From positions 1 to 32,438 of the forward strand of contig CASELB010000084.1 of NCBI GenBank assembly GCA_949288685.1: DNA of 32,438 nt, given 5' to 3'. Made by a program: the position numbers and the translations under genes. This DNA comes from an uncultured bacterium. GTDB lineage: Bacteria; Cyanobacteriota; Vampirovibrionia; Gastranaerophilales; Gastranaerophilaceae. Shown here piece after piece: positions 8,303-16,476 of the stretch. Within the stretch, counting starts at the first letter, position 1. Each line of letters opens with the position of its first letter. The notes beneath the pieces are model-generated. The model was given only the letters and a program-made list of their open reading frames with translations, did no database searches and was not told where the DNA came from.

Positions 8303-9505
8303 TTACATTGTGGTATTAGCCTTTTGTATATTTTTATTGACGAAATTTTTGTGGCGTCGTCTGGTAAAATAATTGGTCATACCTGCAACAAAAAATCCCA
8401 TAACTCCTATGCCGAAAAGATAAGGAACGCCGGATACAATTACCTTTTGTTTTGCAAGCCGTTTAAACTCTGAGCTTACATTAGTATTTTTTATTCTTGC
8501 AATTTCTTCGGCTTTTTTCTCAAGTTCTTTAAAATCAGGTGATGAGAAATCTTTGTTTATGACATCTTTACAACAGTTGAACTTGTTAAGCAGTTTTTTG
8601 AAGCCCTTATCAAAAAGTTCCCCTCCTGTAATAATATAAAATCCGACTAACGGGAATCTTGAAGCTGTTTCTAAAAGATTTTCCTTTCCTCTGTCAGCGG
8701 AAGAACCGAAATAGCCGAGTCCTCCTATTGTAACGCAAGCTGTTAATTGCCCTTTGCTCATTGCAAGTTTACCGTTTTCGGAATTAAAGTCCTGACTAAA
8801 ATATTTATTTAAAAATGCGGATTTTTTTTGATTATTTTTTATTAATTTATCTCCGGGCGCCAGGATTAATTCACACAAATCCTGAAGTTTTTTTGAATTT
8901 TTCCCTTTTGCAGCAAGCAGTGCGCTTAACCCGAGAAGTCCGCCGTAGAGTGCTGCGGCAAGTCCGATTTTTTGTTTTGCGCTGCTCTCTACTTTTTGTT
9001 GTTGTTCAAGGTTTTCTTCATTTTTTTCAAGAGAAGCTATATTTTGAAAATCACTTTTTTTAAACACTTTAAGCGTAAATAAATTTTTGAAGTAACTTAA
9101 AGAGAACTCTGCGAGCGGAATTAGCATAGTGGTAAGAGCTATTGCAGCTTTTACAGGTAAAATTTTTCCTTTAATATTCGGTGCTAATGCGTTTAATTCT
9201 TTAAAAGATTTTGCAACAAGTTCTTTTTCCTGTGAATTTAAACCTCCGGAAAATATTTTTCTGGCTACCTTCTCACCAAGGAGTGCCGGACCGAGATATA
9301 CGATAGCGTTTTCAGAGAGTTCAAGAAATACATTTTCTGCAAGGTCTTCTTTACTTCTTGAAAATGTTACTTTAGGCGCAAGACAGGTGCCGGTGTCCTG
9401 TATAAGTCTTGAAGCTGAAAGACCGGAGGCACTTTCTTGATACGATACGAACTTTGATGCTGTTTTAAGTGGGGTAGATAATGTATTTATTAAACTGAGT
9501 GACAT
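8303..9505 (-). CDS. hypothetical polytopic membrane protein (400 aa)
   Basis: AAGGAG SD at 9517-9512. About five hydrophobic segments, for example IGLAAALYGGLLGLSALLAA and VSGVPYLFGIGVMGFFVAGM. I recognise no family. Confidence 0.65.
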   Translation of the reverse strand: MSLSLINTLSTPLKTASKFVSYQESASGLSASRLIQDTGTCLAPKVTFSRSKEDLAENVFLELSENAIVYLGPALLGEKVARKIFSGGLNSQEKELVAKSFKELNALAPNIKGKILPVKAAIALTTMLIPLAEFSLSYFKNLFTLKVFKKSDFQNIASLEKNEENLEQQQKVESSAKQKIGLAAALYGGLLGLSALLAAKGKNSKKLQDLCELILAPGDKLIKNNQKKSAFLNKYFSQDFNSENGKLAMSKGQLTACVTIGGLGYFGSSADRGKENLLETASRFPLVGFYIITGGELFDKGFKKLLNKFNCCKDVINKDFSSPDFKELEKKAEEIARIKNTNVSSEFKRLAKQKVIVSGVPYLFGIGVMGFFVAGMTNYFTRRRHKNFVNKNIQKANTTM

Positions 9506-9521
9506 AATTTTCTCCTTGACT

Positions 9522-9559
9522 AAAAAATAAACCTGAACATTTTTTGTACAGGTTTATTT
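9522..9559 (-). terminator. intrinsic terminator hairpin located 4 nt upstream of the SD of the 8303-9505 gene
   Basis: On the minus strand: AAATAAACCTG (9559-9549) / CAGGTTTATTT (9535-9525). An inner ACA/TGT extension is closed by an AAAAA loop. The hairpin is followed by TTT, then AGTCAAGGAG. Confidence 0.6.
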
Positions 9560-9683
9560 CTATCAAGAATATGAAGTGTAACCTGTACTAATACGACAGG
9601 CGCCACCAGGGATTGTAATTTTTACGATTTGCATATCTCATAGCCTAATGGTTACACAAACAGATATACTTGTCAATATATCA
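9560..9683 (-). promoter_or_regulatory. candidate leader RNA (riboswitch/attenuator-like) with possible extended -10 promoter
   Basis: TGATATATT (9683-9675) fits an extended -10 element. GTGTAACC (9657-9650) can pair with GGTTACAC (9583-9576). The overlapping GTACAGGTT (9588-9580) can instead pair with AACCTGTAC (9554-9546), which is the 5' arm of the terminator. Confidence 0.3.
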
Positions 9684-9696
9684 TTAATATATAAGA

Positions 9697-10206
9697 TTAT
9701 CCGATTACAGGAGCAACAAATGTGCGAGCTGCAAGGTCTTTATCTAACATAAATAATGCATTGGAATCATTACCGATAAGTTTTAGAGTTGCAAGAACTC
9801 CGCCGACATTAGACTCTTCTTCAACCTGTTCTTTCAGGTACCAATCAAGGAATGATAAAGCGGCTCTGTCTTTTTCCTCTTCAGCGACATCCATAAGCGC
9901 ATTAATTCTTGATGTTACATATTGTTCGTGTTCAAGTACGTGTTCAAATACTTCAAGCGGGGATTCCCAGTCATGGCGGGGCTTATCGATTTGTGCAAGT
10001 TCAACTCTTCCGCCTCTTTCTATTACATAATCAAACATTCCCATTGCATGAGCGTGTTCTTCCTGAACCTGTACATCCATCCAGTTTACAAAACCTTGAA
10101 GGTTCTTATCGGCAAAGTAAGCCTTCATTGACAGATACAAATATTCCGAATATAGTTCAGCATTAATCTGGTCATTAAATGCTTTGTTCATTTTTTCTGA
10201 TAGCAT
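9697..10206 (-). CDS. ftn: ferritin (non-haem, Ftn-type)
   Basis: NDQINAELYSEYLYLSM, QEEHAHAMGMFDYV and LEHEQYVT di-iron ligand motifs. The start is set at the ATG at 10206, which has an AGGAG SD. Confidence 0.9.
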   Translation of the reverse strand: MLSEKMNKAFNDQINAELYSEYLYLSMKAYFADKNLQGFVNWMDVQVQEEHAHAMGMFDYVIERGGRVELAQIDKPRHDWESPLEVFEHVLEHEQYVTSRINALMDVAEEEKDRAALSFLDWYLKEQVEEESNVGGVLATLKLIGNDSNALFMLDKDLAARTFVAPVIG

Positions 10207-10383
10207 ATTGCGCTCCTTTCTTTTCAATTTATATTTTAGTACTTAAAAACATATTGGTAAACCATTTTTTTATATCAAATTTAATACAAATATTAAGTTT
10301 TGTTACAAAAGATTCTTTTATTGAAATTGAGAAAAATTTTTAGACTTTATATATATGTAAGATATGTTAAGAGGATATTAAAA

Positions 10384-10737
10384 ATGGCATTAGGTACATC
10401 AAGTTTTGGAACGATTCTTCAATCAGCATCTACTGAAAACAATTATACAAATGCTGTTGCAAATGTCGATAATTATTCTCCTGTTATCGGAGCAGACTCA
10501 TCAGCTGTTGAGACGGCAGGTTCAATAGCATGGGGCGGATTTGATGTTTGTGAATTTTCTAATCCGACCGAAGTTGATTATTCAGCATATACAACACCTC
10601 CGGTAGAAACGGCAGGTTCAATTGCATCGGCACCTGTTGCAGGATTTAGTGCTGGAGCAATAAGTACAGGCTGTGCAACGGCTTCTGTTTCAACATCAAG
10701 TGTATCAACAGGCGGTTCTTGTTCTTATTCCTGCTAA
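10384..10737 (+). CDS. hypothetical acidic Ser/Ala/Gly/Thr-rich protein (117 aa) with internal repeat and Cys-containing C-terminus
   Basis: ATG at 10384 preceded by AAGAGGA. The track's TTG at 10300 is an unlikely start. VETAGSIA occurs twice (nt 10507-10530 and 10603-10626). The protein ends in STGGSCSYSC and contains no Lys, Arg or His. Confidence 0.5.
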   Translation: MALGTSSFGTILQSASTENNYTNAVANVDNYSPVIGADSSAVETAGSIAWGGFDVCEFSNPTEVDYSAYTTPPVETAGSIASAPVAGFSAGAISTGCATASVSTSSVSTGGSCSYSC

Positions 10738-10755
10738 TTGATATTTAGAGATAAT

Positions 10756-10788
10756 AAAAAAACTCCGATTTTTTATCGGAGTTTTTTA
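10756..10788. terminator. bidirectional hairpin terminator
   Basis: AACTCCGAT (10761-10769) / ATCGGAGTT (10775-10783) with a T-rich loop, flanked by an A-run on the left and a T-run on the right. It sits between convergent ORFs. Confidence 0.75.
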
Positions 10789-10789
10789 T

Positions 10790-11398
10790 TTAGTTATAGT
10801 AAAAATTTAAGGTATCATACTGTGTATTATTGTTATAGTATGTTGTAAGCCTGAATGGAATAAAATCAATTAACAGCAGGTATACCGCAATTTTTTCGCT
10901 GTCAATAAACTCGTAGTATTTTGTATAAATGTGGTTGTTAATATTTTCCGATGAAGAATATTTAATAATACGGTTTGTAAGGTCATTGCTTATAACACTT
11001 GTATCGCCGCTTGTATAATACCGGAGGTTATTACTGTTTGCTGTTATGCCTTTGCCGTACTTTTTCTCATCAAGTTTAAAAGTATTGTCTGTTTTAAATC
11101 CGAAGATAAACCCGTTTTTGCCGGATAGTTGTAATGAAATTCCGTCCGGACCTGAAATTACTTCATAAATATTATCTTCTATCTGAACAACGTCGCGGTC
11201 TGTAACTTTTACATTAATTCCCCATACGGCTTTATTCCCTGTCAATTCTTTTGTTACAAGACTATTTTGACAATTATCTATTGATTTTGAGAGATTGAAA
11301 TCATAGATTTCTCTTATGTCATTTAACAGCGGAAATTCATCCCGTTCAAAATTGATTTTGTGCCCGTCAATAACGGTTAATTCTTCTGTTTCCAGCAT
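10790..11398 (-). CDS. hypothetical protein (202 aa)
   Basis: Long ORF with AAAGGTAGG upstream. Asn/Tyr-rich, no signal peptide, no recognisable motif. Confidence 0.55.
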   Translation of the reverse strand: MLETEELTVIDGHKINFERDEFPLLNDIREIYDFNLSKSIDNCQNSLVTKELTGNKAVWGINVKVTDRDVVQIEDNIYEVISGPDGISLQLSGKNGFIFGFKTDNTFKLDEKKYGKGITANSNNLRYYTSGDTSVISNDLTNRIIKYSSSENINNHIYTKYYEFIDSEKIAVYLLLIDFIPFRLTTYYNNNTQYDTLNFYYN

Positions 11399-11462
11399 AC
11401 ATTATCCTACCTTTGTAATTTATATTCCACATTTTTGCTATTTCATATCATCTGATAATTTA

Positions 11463-11491
11463 TTGTATTAGTTTTATATATCTGCTATAAT
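11463..11491 (+). promoter_or_regulatory. sigma-70-type promoter with extended -10
   Basis: TTGTAT (11463-11468), a 17-nt spacer, then TATAAT (11486-11491) with TG at 11483-11484. The AAAGGAG SD and the ATG at 11512 follow. Confidence 0.5.
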
Positions 11492-11511
11492 CACTTAAAA
11501 AGGAGCGGGAT

Positions 11512-12546
11512 ATGTCATTTAATGTATTAAAAGAGTATATTTCTGTTAAAAATATTATAGTATTTGCTTTAATAATTGTTGCTTTGTGGTTTTTATCACA
11601 GGTTAGCAATGTAATAATGCTGTTTTTTGCATCTTATGTTATAGCCTGTTCTTTTAACCCTATGGTTAATAAGCTGGAGAAGAAAATGAAACGGTCATTT
11701 GCCGTAGCATTGCTGCTTTTTGCTCTTGTGCTTGTTTTATTTATTCTCTTTATTCCCGTAATTATGTCTTATGAACAGGTTAAAGTTTTGTTTCAGCATT
11801 TGCCGGAACACTTTTTAAATTTAAAAAATTACCTGTTAAATATGAGTATTCTCGGGTATAAACTCACTTCACTTGTTGATGCATCATCCCTGTTTCAACA
11901 CGCATCGGAATTTGTATCGGATTTTGTAAACCGTTCAATTACTATAACGATTGGTGTTGCATCGGCGCTTGTTAACTTCTTTGCATTTTGTTTAATAACT
12001 TACTATTTTATGCTTGACGAAGCGCATATTAAAGCATCTATCGTTAAGTTATTTCCTAAAAAAGAGGGGAAGAACGTAGATGAAATACTTGAGACTATTT
12101 CAAAAAAAATAGGCGGATATGTATTTGCGCAGGTTGTTACAATGGCTGCCGTCGGATTTATTTTTACTATAGCATTGATGTTGATGCGCGTTGACTACGC
12201 TGTCATTCTTGGTGTTATTACCGGAGTTCTGGACATAGTTCCCGTAGTCGGACCGCTTATTGCCTATGTTATTTCAATAGCAGTATGCTGGCAGATGGGA
12301 ATCCCAGTTCTTATTGGTATTACAATTGCATTTCTGTTTGCTCAGTGGGCTGAGAATAATTTACTTCGTCCGTATATATTCTCCAAGTTTATGGATTTGC
12401 ACCCGCTTGTAATATTTTTCTCGCTGTTGGTGACTGCCAAGTTTCTCGGCGTGATAGGTGTTATATTTGCTCCGGCAATTGCGGCAACTGTGTGCGTGCT
12501 GGTTGATGAGTTGTATATAAAAAATATTAATAAAGATGAAGCATAA
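11512..12546 (+). CDS. AI-2E family transporter (PerM/YhhT-like permease)
   Basis: Eight or so TM segments, and GGYVFAQVVTMAAVGF and LDIVPVVGPLIAYV motifs typical of the family. Confidence 0.8.
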   Translation: MSFNVLKEYISVKNIIVFALIIVALWFLSQVSNVIMLFFASYVIACSFNPMVNKLEKKMKRSFAVALLLFALVLVLFILFIPVIMSYEQVKVLFQHLPEHFLNLKNYLLNMSILGYKLTSLVDASSLFQHASEFVSDFVNRSITITIGVASALVNFFAFCLITYYFMLDEAHIKASIVKLFPKKEGKNVDEILETISKKIGGYVFAQVVTMAAVGFIFTIALMLMRVDYAVILGVITGVLDIVPVVGPLIAYVISIAVCWQMGIPVLIGITIAFLFAQWAENNLLRPYIFSKFMDLHPLVIFFSLLVTAKFLGVIGVIFAPAIAATVCVLVDELYIKNINKDEA

Positions 12547-14083
12547 TTTGTCGTATCAATATTTATACACACCGGTTAAAGCCGATAAGTCGGCATTCAA
12601 TCTGGTTGCTGCATTCCCCGGACCGGAGAGTTTTGCTCTTTCATCGCTGGGGTATATGTGGTTGTACAAACTTATGGATGAACGGGAAGATATTAATGTT
12701 TATCCTGTCAGTATTGATACAATTGCGGATGATTTGCCTCCTGATATTGATGCAATATCTTTTTCTGTTTCTTTTGAAATGGATTTTTTAAATATACTGG
12801 CAATTCTTGAAAGGCTTAAAATTCCTGTTTTTGCAAAAGACAGGAAGAAGCCTTTAGTATTTGCCGGAGGTCCTGTTATTACTTCTAATCCTGCGCCGCT
12901 TTCAAAATTCTTTGATTTTTTCCTTATAGGAGACGGTGAAGAGTTGTTGGGAAGTGTTGTTGATGTTTTAAAAAATAACAGTGAGAATGAAAAAACAGTG
13001 ATACTGAAAAAACTTGCAAAACTTGACGGGGTTCTTGTTCCGTCATTGAATAATACTGCTAAAAAAGTTACACACAAAATCAGCCGGTGTGTGTATTCTC
13101 CGGTGATAAGCGATAAATCATATTTTTCAAATACTTTTATTATGGAAATAGAGCGGGGATGCTATAACCGGTGCGGTTTTTGTCTTGCCTCATATTTAAA
13201 TTTGCCTGTTCGTTTTGTTCCTTATCAGGAAATAATAGATAAAATAGAATACGGACTTAAATATACGAAGAATATAGCACTTCTCGGTGCGCAAATAAGT
13301 GCACATCCGGATTTTGATAAAATATGTAATTATTTGATTTCCAAACTTGAAAACGGTGAAGAGATTGATATAAACTTTTCATCCTTGCGGGTAGACGCGG
13401 TTACACAAGACTCTTTAAAATTGCTTAAGCTGGCAGGGCAAAAGACGTTTACAATTGCAATAGAAGCCGCAACGGAACGTTTGAGAAGGGTGATAAATAA
13501 AAATCTTAAAGAAGAACAGATTGTTAATGCAGTAAAACTTGCGGCAAATAGCGGGCTAAGGGGGATAAAATTTTACTGTATGCTTGGACTCCCTGCAGAG
13601 ACTGATGAAGATATTAAAGGTTTTGTATCTCTCGGACAAAAGGTCAAACAAATTGATAAAAAGCTGGACTTAACTTTTTCATTTTCAACTTTTATACCGA
13701 AGCCAAATACACCGTTTCAGCGCGCAGCCAGGGAAGAAAATTCTTCATTAGAAAAAAAACAAAAATATCTTACTAAAGAACTGGCAAAACTCGGGATAAA
13801 AACAAAGTTTACCAGTGTGAAATGGGATTATTACCAGACATTAATCTCTCGCGGAGATGAGAGTCTTTCTGATTATCTTTATGAAGTATATAAGCGCGGC
13901 GGAAAACTCGGAAGTTATAAATCGGCGGCAAAAGATTTAAAAATAGACACGGATTATTTTGTTACAAGGACATTTGAGGCTGATGAAAAATTGCCCTGGG
14001 ATAACATTACCATAGAACGTCCGGGAAAGGAATTTTTAGAAAAAGAATACAAACGGTTGATGAATAATACAGGTTTGGAGTAA
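12536..14083 (+). CDS. radical SAM protein with N-terminal B12-binding-like domain (TIGR03960-like, uncharacterised family)
   Basis: CYNRCGFC (CxxxCxxC) cluster motif. The N-terminal LVAAFPGPESFALSSLGYMWLY ... PLVFAGGPVITSNPAPLSKFFDFFLIGDGEE is collinear with my memory of the TIGR03960 family. The C-terminus has no SPASM-type Cys clusters. It overlaps the permease gene by 11 nt. Confidence 0.75.
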   Translation: MKHNLSYQYLYTPVKADKSAFNLVAAFPGPESFALSSLGYMWLYKLMDEREDINVYPVSIDTIADDLPPDIDAISFSVSFEMDFLNILAILERLKIPVFAKDRKKPLVFAGGPVITSNPAPLSKFFDFFLIGDGEELLGSVVDVLKNNSENEKTVILKKLAKLDGVLVPSLNNTAKKVTHKISRCVYSPVISDKSYFSNTFIMEIERGCYNRCGFCLASYLNLPVRFVPYQEIIDKIEYGLKYTKNIALLGAQISAHPDFDKICNYLISKLENGEEIDINFSSLRVDAVTQDSLKLLKLAGQKTFTIAIEAATERLRRVINKNLKEEQIVNAVKLAANSGLRGIKFYCMLGLPAETDEDIKGFVSLGQKVKQIDKKLDLTFSFSTFIPKPNTPFQRAAREENSSLEKKQKYLTKELAKLGIKTKFTSVKWDYYQTLISRGDESLSDYLYEVYKRGGKLGSYKSAAKDLKIDTDYFVTRTFEADEKLPWDNITIERPGKEFLEKEYKRLMNNTGLE

Positions 14084-14106
14084 AATATTACCGAGGAGAG
14101 TAAGGT

Positions 14107-15474
14107 ATGAGACAAAGAGCAAAAGAACAAGATCCAAATATAAGAAGAACTAATTTTAGCCCTGTAGAAGAAAATTTTACACCTGAGCAGGCAAAGCTGG
14201 AAGCGGAAAGATGCTTGCACTGTAAAAATCCGCAGTGCGTAAAAGGGTGTCCTGTCAATATAAATATTCCTGACTTTATAAAAGCGGTAAAGGAGGATAA
14301 TTTACAGCTTGCCGGCGATATTATAAGACAGACTTCGATGCTGCCGTCAGTGTGCGGCAGAGTTTGCCCGCAGGAACGCCAGTGCGAAGGGAAATGTATA
14401 CTTGGAATTAAAAGTGAACCGATAGCAATCGGCGCACTTGAAAGATATGTCGGAGATAATACTTCTGCCGTTACTCCTCAAATTGTGCCGACCGGTAAAC
14501 ATGTTGCAATTGTCGGGTCTGGATGTGCCGGTATAACTGCCGCAGCGGATATAAGAAAGGCGGGACATGACGTCACCGTATTTGAAGCGCTGCATGAGTT
14601 TGGCGGTGTGTTAAGGTACGGTATCCCTCCGTTTAGACTTCCCAGAACGGTTCTTGATAGGGAAATTGATTCTCTAAAGTCAATGGGGGTAAAATTTGAA
14701 AAAAATGTTATTGTTGGTAAATCTATCACTCTTGAACAATTAAAGGAAGATGGGTTTGATGCAATATTTCTTTGTTCCGGTGCAGGATTGCCCAAAATGC
14801 TTGGCATACCTGGAGAAAATTTAAACGGGGTTTCATCCGCGAACGAGTTTTTAACAAGAGTGAATTTAATGCACGCAAATGAGCCTCAGACAGCTACTCC
14901 GCTGAGAGTCGGAGAAAAAGCTGCTGTTATCGGCGGCGGTAATGTTGCAATGGATGCGGCAAGAACTGCTGTCAGGGTAGGGTATAAAACGGTTTATATA
15001 GTTTACAGACGGACAGAAAAAGAACTTCCCGCAAGACTTGAAGAAATCAGACACGCAAAAGAAGAAGGCGTTATTTTTAAATTTCTTTTAGCTCCGCATG
15101 AAATTGTCGGAGAAGACGGTTATGTTAAGTTTATGAAATTTGAGGTTTGTGAACTTGGCGAGCCTGATGATTCCGGCAGACGTTCTCCTGTCGGAACTGG
15201 TGAATATATAGATTTGGATGTAGATACAGTTATTGTAGCACTGGGAACCGGACCTAATCCTATTATTCAAAAATCTGCAAAATCGGAAGGTATAAATTTT
15301 GAGACAGACAGAAAAGGATATTTTGTTGTAAATCCGGAGACCCGGGAGACATCAATCGAGCATATTTATGCAGGAGGAGATGTTGCCCCTGTAGGCGAAT
15401 CAAATGCAATTAATGCGATGGGCGCAGGGAAGAAGGCTGCGAAAGCAATAAATGATTATTTAGCTACGCTATAG
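14107..15474 (+). CDS. GltD/NfnB/SudA-type NAD(P)H-dependent FAD oxidoreductase with N-terminal Fe-S clusters (glutamate synthase small-chain-like)
   Basis: CLHCKNPQCVKGCP and CGRVCPQERQCEGKC Fe-S motifs. VAIVGSGCAGITAAADIRKAGHDVTVFEALHEFGGVLRYGIPPFRLP dinucleotide fold. There is a second GGGNVAMD Rossmann motif. Confidence 0.85.
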   Translation: MRQRAKEQDPNIRRTNFSPVEENFTPEQAKLEAERCLHCKNPQCVKGCPVNINIPDFIKAVKEDNLQLAGDIIRQTSMLPSVCGRVCPQERQCEGKCILGIKSEPIAIGALERYVGDNTSAVTPQIVPTGKHVAIVGSGCAGITAAADIRKAGHDVTVFEALHEFGGVLRYGIPPFRLPRTVLDREIDSLKSMGVKFEKNVIVGKSITLEQLKEDGFDAIFLCSGAGLPKMLGIPGENLNGVSSANEFLTRVNLMHANEPQTATPLRVGEKAAVIGGGNVAMDAARTAVRVGYKTVYIVYRRTEKELPARLEEIRHAKEEGVIFKFLLAPHEIVGEDGYVKFMKFEVCELGEPDDSGRRSPVGTGEYIDLDVDTVIVALGTGPNPIIQKSAKSEGINFETDRKGYFVVNPETRETSIEHIYAGGDVAPVGESNAINAMGAGKKAAKAINDYLATL

Positions 15475-16351
15475 CATCTGATGTTTTTGTAGGAATAAAT
15501 GCTCTTACTCCTGAGCCGAATTTTATACTGTTTTGCAGATGGTCGGAACCCGCGCCGCCGTTTCCTGTTGCTATAAATACGTGTCCGTGTTCGTCGCTGT
15601 AATTACATGCGCCTTTGTCATAAACTACAACAGAGCCGGCAGGAAGTGATTTTAAATCGGTTTCACTTTTTATTTCTATTTCTGTAAAATTATTATCTGC
15701 GGCTAATACATTGGCTCTGGTGTATGCGTGATTGTCACGTTTTGCATTGATATTATATTCTTCAAGCGCGTTATTTACATAATGAGCGCATCTTCCTGTT
15801 TTTCCCGTCGTGTGGTTAATTGTGTATTTTGCAAGGTTGTGCCCTAATTCTGCATTGTATTGAACGCCTTTTTCTTTAAGTTGTTCGGCAAAATTAGTAT
15901 CATTTTTATCTACATCTTTCAGAAGCGTTGCTTTTCTTGCACTGCTTGCAGCAATACTGCTTGTTGTAATACCGGGTGAAGATTTACTTTTCGTACCTGG
16001 TGTTGTTGAAAGTGTCGGCGCAGGCATTGTTAAGTTCCCGAATGCTTGTGGTGTTGTAAGCGGCAGAGTATTATTTAAATTGTCCGTTGAAAAATTGAAA
16101 GGATTTGGCAGTGAGAAATTTAAATTAGCGTTATTAAAAAGCATTAACGGATTAAATAATTCAAAGAAAAACGGATTTACAAGGTTAAACCCTGTAAAAC
16201 TTGCAGGTGTGCAGTTGAAATTAAACGGAAAACCAAAATTAAACAAAGCAGGCGAGGCATTGTAATTAACCGTTTGCGACTGCCGGCATGTACAATTGCA
16301 CTGTCCTTGATATCTATTGAAAGTATAATTACTTACTTTATCATAGGTCAT
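15464..16351 (-). CDS. hypothetical protein with C-terminal papain-fold (CHAP/NlpC-P60-like) Cys-His domain and Phe/Asn/Pro-rich N-terminal region
   Basis: GRCAHYVNNAL ... LPAGSVVVYD ... HGHVFIATG follows the CHAP-type G-x-C ... GHV pattern. Residues about 30-100 are low complexity (FNFGFPFNFN, NPFFFELFNP, PNPFNFS). No signal peptide. The SD (AGGAG) is unusually far from the ATG, at about 14 nt. Confidence 0.45.
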   Translation of the reverse strand: MTYDKVSNYTFNRYQGQCNCTCRQSQTVNYNASPALFNFGFPFNFNCTPASFTGFNLVNPFFFELFNPLMLFNNANLNFSLPNPFNFSTDNLNNTLPLTTPQAFGNLTMPAPTLSTTPGTKSKSSPGITTSSIAASSARKATLLKDVDKNDTNFAEQLKEKGVQYNAELGHNLAKYTINHTTGKTGRCAHYVNNALEEYNINAKRDNHAYTRANVLAADNNFTEIEIKSETDLKSLPAGSVVVYDKGACNYSDEHGHVFIATGNGGAGSDHLQNSIKFGSGVRAFIPTKTSDAIA

Positions 16352-16476
16352 AATACGTGTAGTTTCTCCTGCTTATATATATAAAGTATATAAAGCGTAA
16401 ATAATTGCTTTTTTTTGCCCTATTGTAAATTTTTGTAAAGGTTGATTTGATTGTGTATTTAAGCTAATTTATAAGT

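Noticed and set aside
10300-10383. N-terminal extensions proposed by the ORF track (TTG at 10300, TTG at 25304, ATG at 6566, ATG at 10227, ATG at 25310, ATG at 30096, GTG at 2764, ATG at 1151, GTG at 28775)
   Set aside because: In each case an internal ATG has a proper SD at 6-10 nt, and the protein from that ATG begins where homologues or a signal peptide begin. The extensions are non-homologous and often overlap promoter regions.
12581-12588. Perfect GCCGATAA (sigma-28 -10 consensus)
   Set aside because: It is inside the radical SAM coding sequence. The position 15 nt upstream reads TTTA rather than TAAA, and no gene start lies downstream.
10384-14083. Idea that the Cys-tailed small ORF plus the nearby radical SAM gene form a RiPP (sactipeptide/ranthipeptide) cluster
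   Set aside because: The radical SAM protein looks like the widespread TIGR03960 housekeeping-type family. It has a B12-like N-domain and no C-terminal SPASM/twitch Cys clusters. It is separated from the small ORF by a bidirectional terminator and an opposite-strand gene, and it sits in a different operon with its own promoter.
16352-16476. Possible SOS/LexA operator upstream of recN (direct repeat TTGTAAA-TTT-TTGTAAA, and CTGC-N-rich AT tract)
   Set aside because: There is no match to the CTGT-N8-ACAG, CGAAC-N4-GTTCG or cyanobacterial-type LexA boxes. The short AT-rich direct repeats are expected by chance in this composition.
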